Assembly (NCBI RefSeq): GCF_001194135.2
Contig: NC_069003.1
Coordinates: 5,091,723 to 5,155,722 of the forward strand
Direction of reading: 5' to 3'
From: Octopus bimaculoides
Lineage: Eukaryota
DNA: 64,000 bases
Shown: positions 63,171 to 64,000 of the stretch, one piece after another
Layout: each line of letters begins with the position of its first letter
How positions within the stretch are numbered: position 1 is the first letter of the stretch
Made by a program: the position numbers and the translations under genes
Notes under the pieces: generated by a model
The model's input: only the letters and a program-made list of their open reading frames with translations
Database searches by the model: none
What the model was told of the DNA's origin: nothing

Positions 63171-63954
63171 CTACGCCCTTTGAAGGGTTTTGTTTTTTAT
63201 CCTACAAGATGTCCAATAACCACCAAGCAAGCTTTGTGGGGTCACCGGTTCAGTCGCCGACGACCCGACCATGCAACGGTTTGTACCGGGTTACATGTTA
63301 CCAACAGCATTCAGAAGTGACCTGACCTTGGAATAAATAGTAGCTAAGAAGCGATTTTTTTCCACATTCGTTAAAACCCTGGCTTTTCCAAACCAAGGTC
63401 CCAATACCTGATGCAGGTTAGTCATATCGACAGCAGAAATAACCACAAGACCATATCTATACCATTAACCATTGGTGATTTTCACAGTTTATAAGTTACT
63501 ACTCAGACACGACTACCATTTGTGCAGCTGTCGCCATAGTACATTGTTTCTCATGAGATTAGATCGTAAGACTGTTTCCTTAGCAACTGGTGACAGCAGC
63601 TCGTCCTATTCTCTCATGACACTTACAAACATCTGTCTGCACGTCTTAGTGTCAAAAGATCTATGAAAGATCGACAAAAAAAAAGAAAACGCTGGCAGCT
63701 TCAACAAAGATTTTACAGCGAAAACCTTTCTTTATAAACAAAAGGTTTAATGCATTATTATATAAGTATGCGTTCATGGCGTGGGGTGTATGTGTATGCA
63801 TATATGCGCGTGTATCTATGTGTGTACATGTGTGTGTGTGTGTCTGTGTATCTGTGTGTGTGTACTGAGTATGTGAGTGTATGCGTGGTTGTGCGTGTGT
63901 AATACATGTCGACATACATAACATACATATACATGCATATATATGAATATATGA

Positions 63955-64000
<46 letters not shown>

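Overview
Eukaryotic, non-genic or intronic-looking DNA. It is most likely from a coleoid cephalopod (Octopus-type), inferred from the repeat landscape: extremely dense 2-4 nt microsatellites, several tRNA-headed SINE families, and many N gaps typical of a short-read assembly. I found no protein-coding gene I can support. Nearly every ORF in the supplied track is an artefact of microsatellites or N runs. Real coding remnants all belong to transposons: mariner (four pieces, including a nested Hsmar1-like element with both TIRs), Tc1, R4/Dong-type LINE C-termini sitting inside (TAA)n arrays, and a Penelope-like GIY-YIG endonuclease remnant. The most interesting signal is RNA-structural. At 41753-41834 (- strand) there is a fully base-paired, extended type I hammerhead ribozyme with Schistosoma Sm-alpha-like tertiary-contact loops but a non-canonical core (UCGACAA, i.e. 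a compensatory U3-A8 pair plus C4). At least five further decayed or minimal hammerhead motifs occur in the window. Other notable signals: an 11-12 bp motif (AGCAGACGACA[C]) recurring five times in unrelated unique islands, a 16-bp minisatellite built of palindromic E-boxes, a CACTA...TAGTG fold-back mini-element inside a switch-region-like pentamer array, and a SINE-(TTA)n-Dong-Dong insertion chain. All family assignments were made by eye and from memory, with no database search. Coordinates of degenerate repeats are approximate (about +/-10-20 bp).
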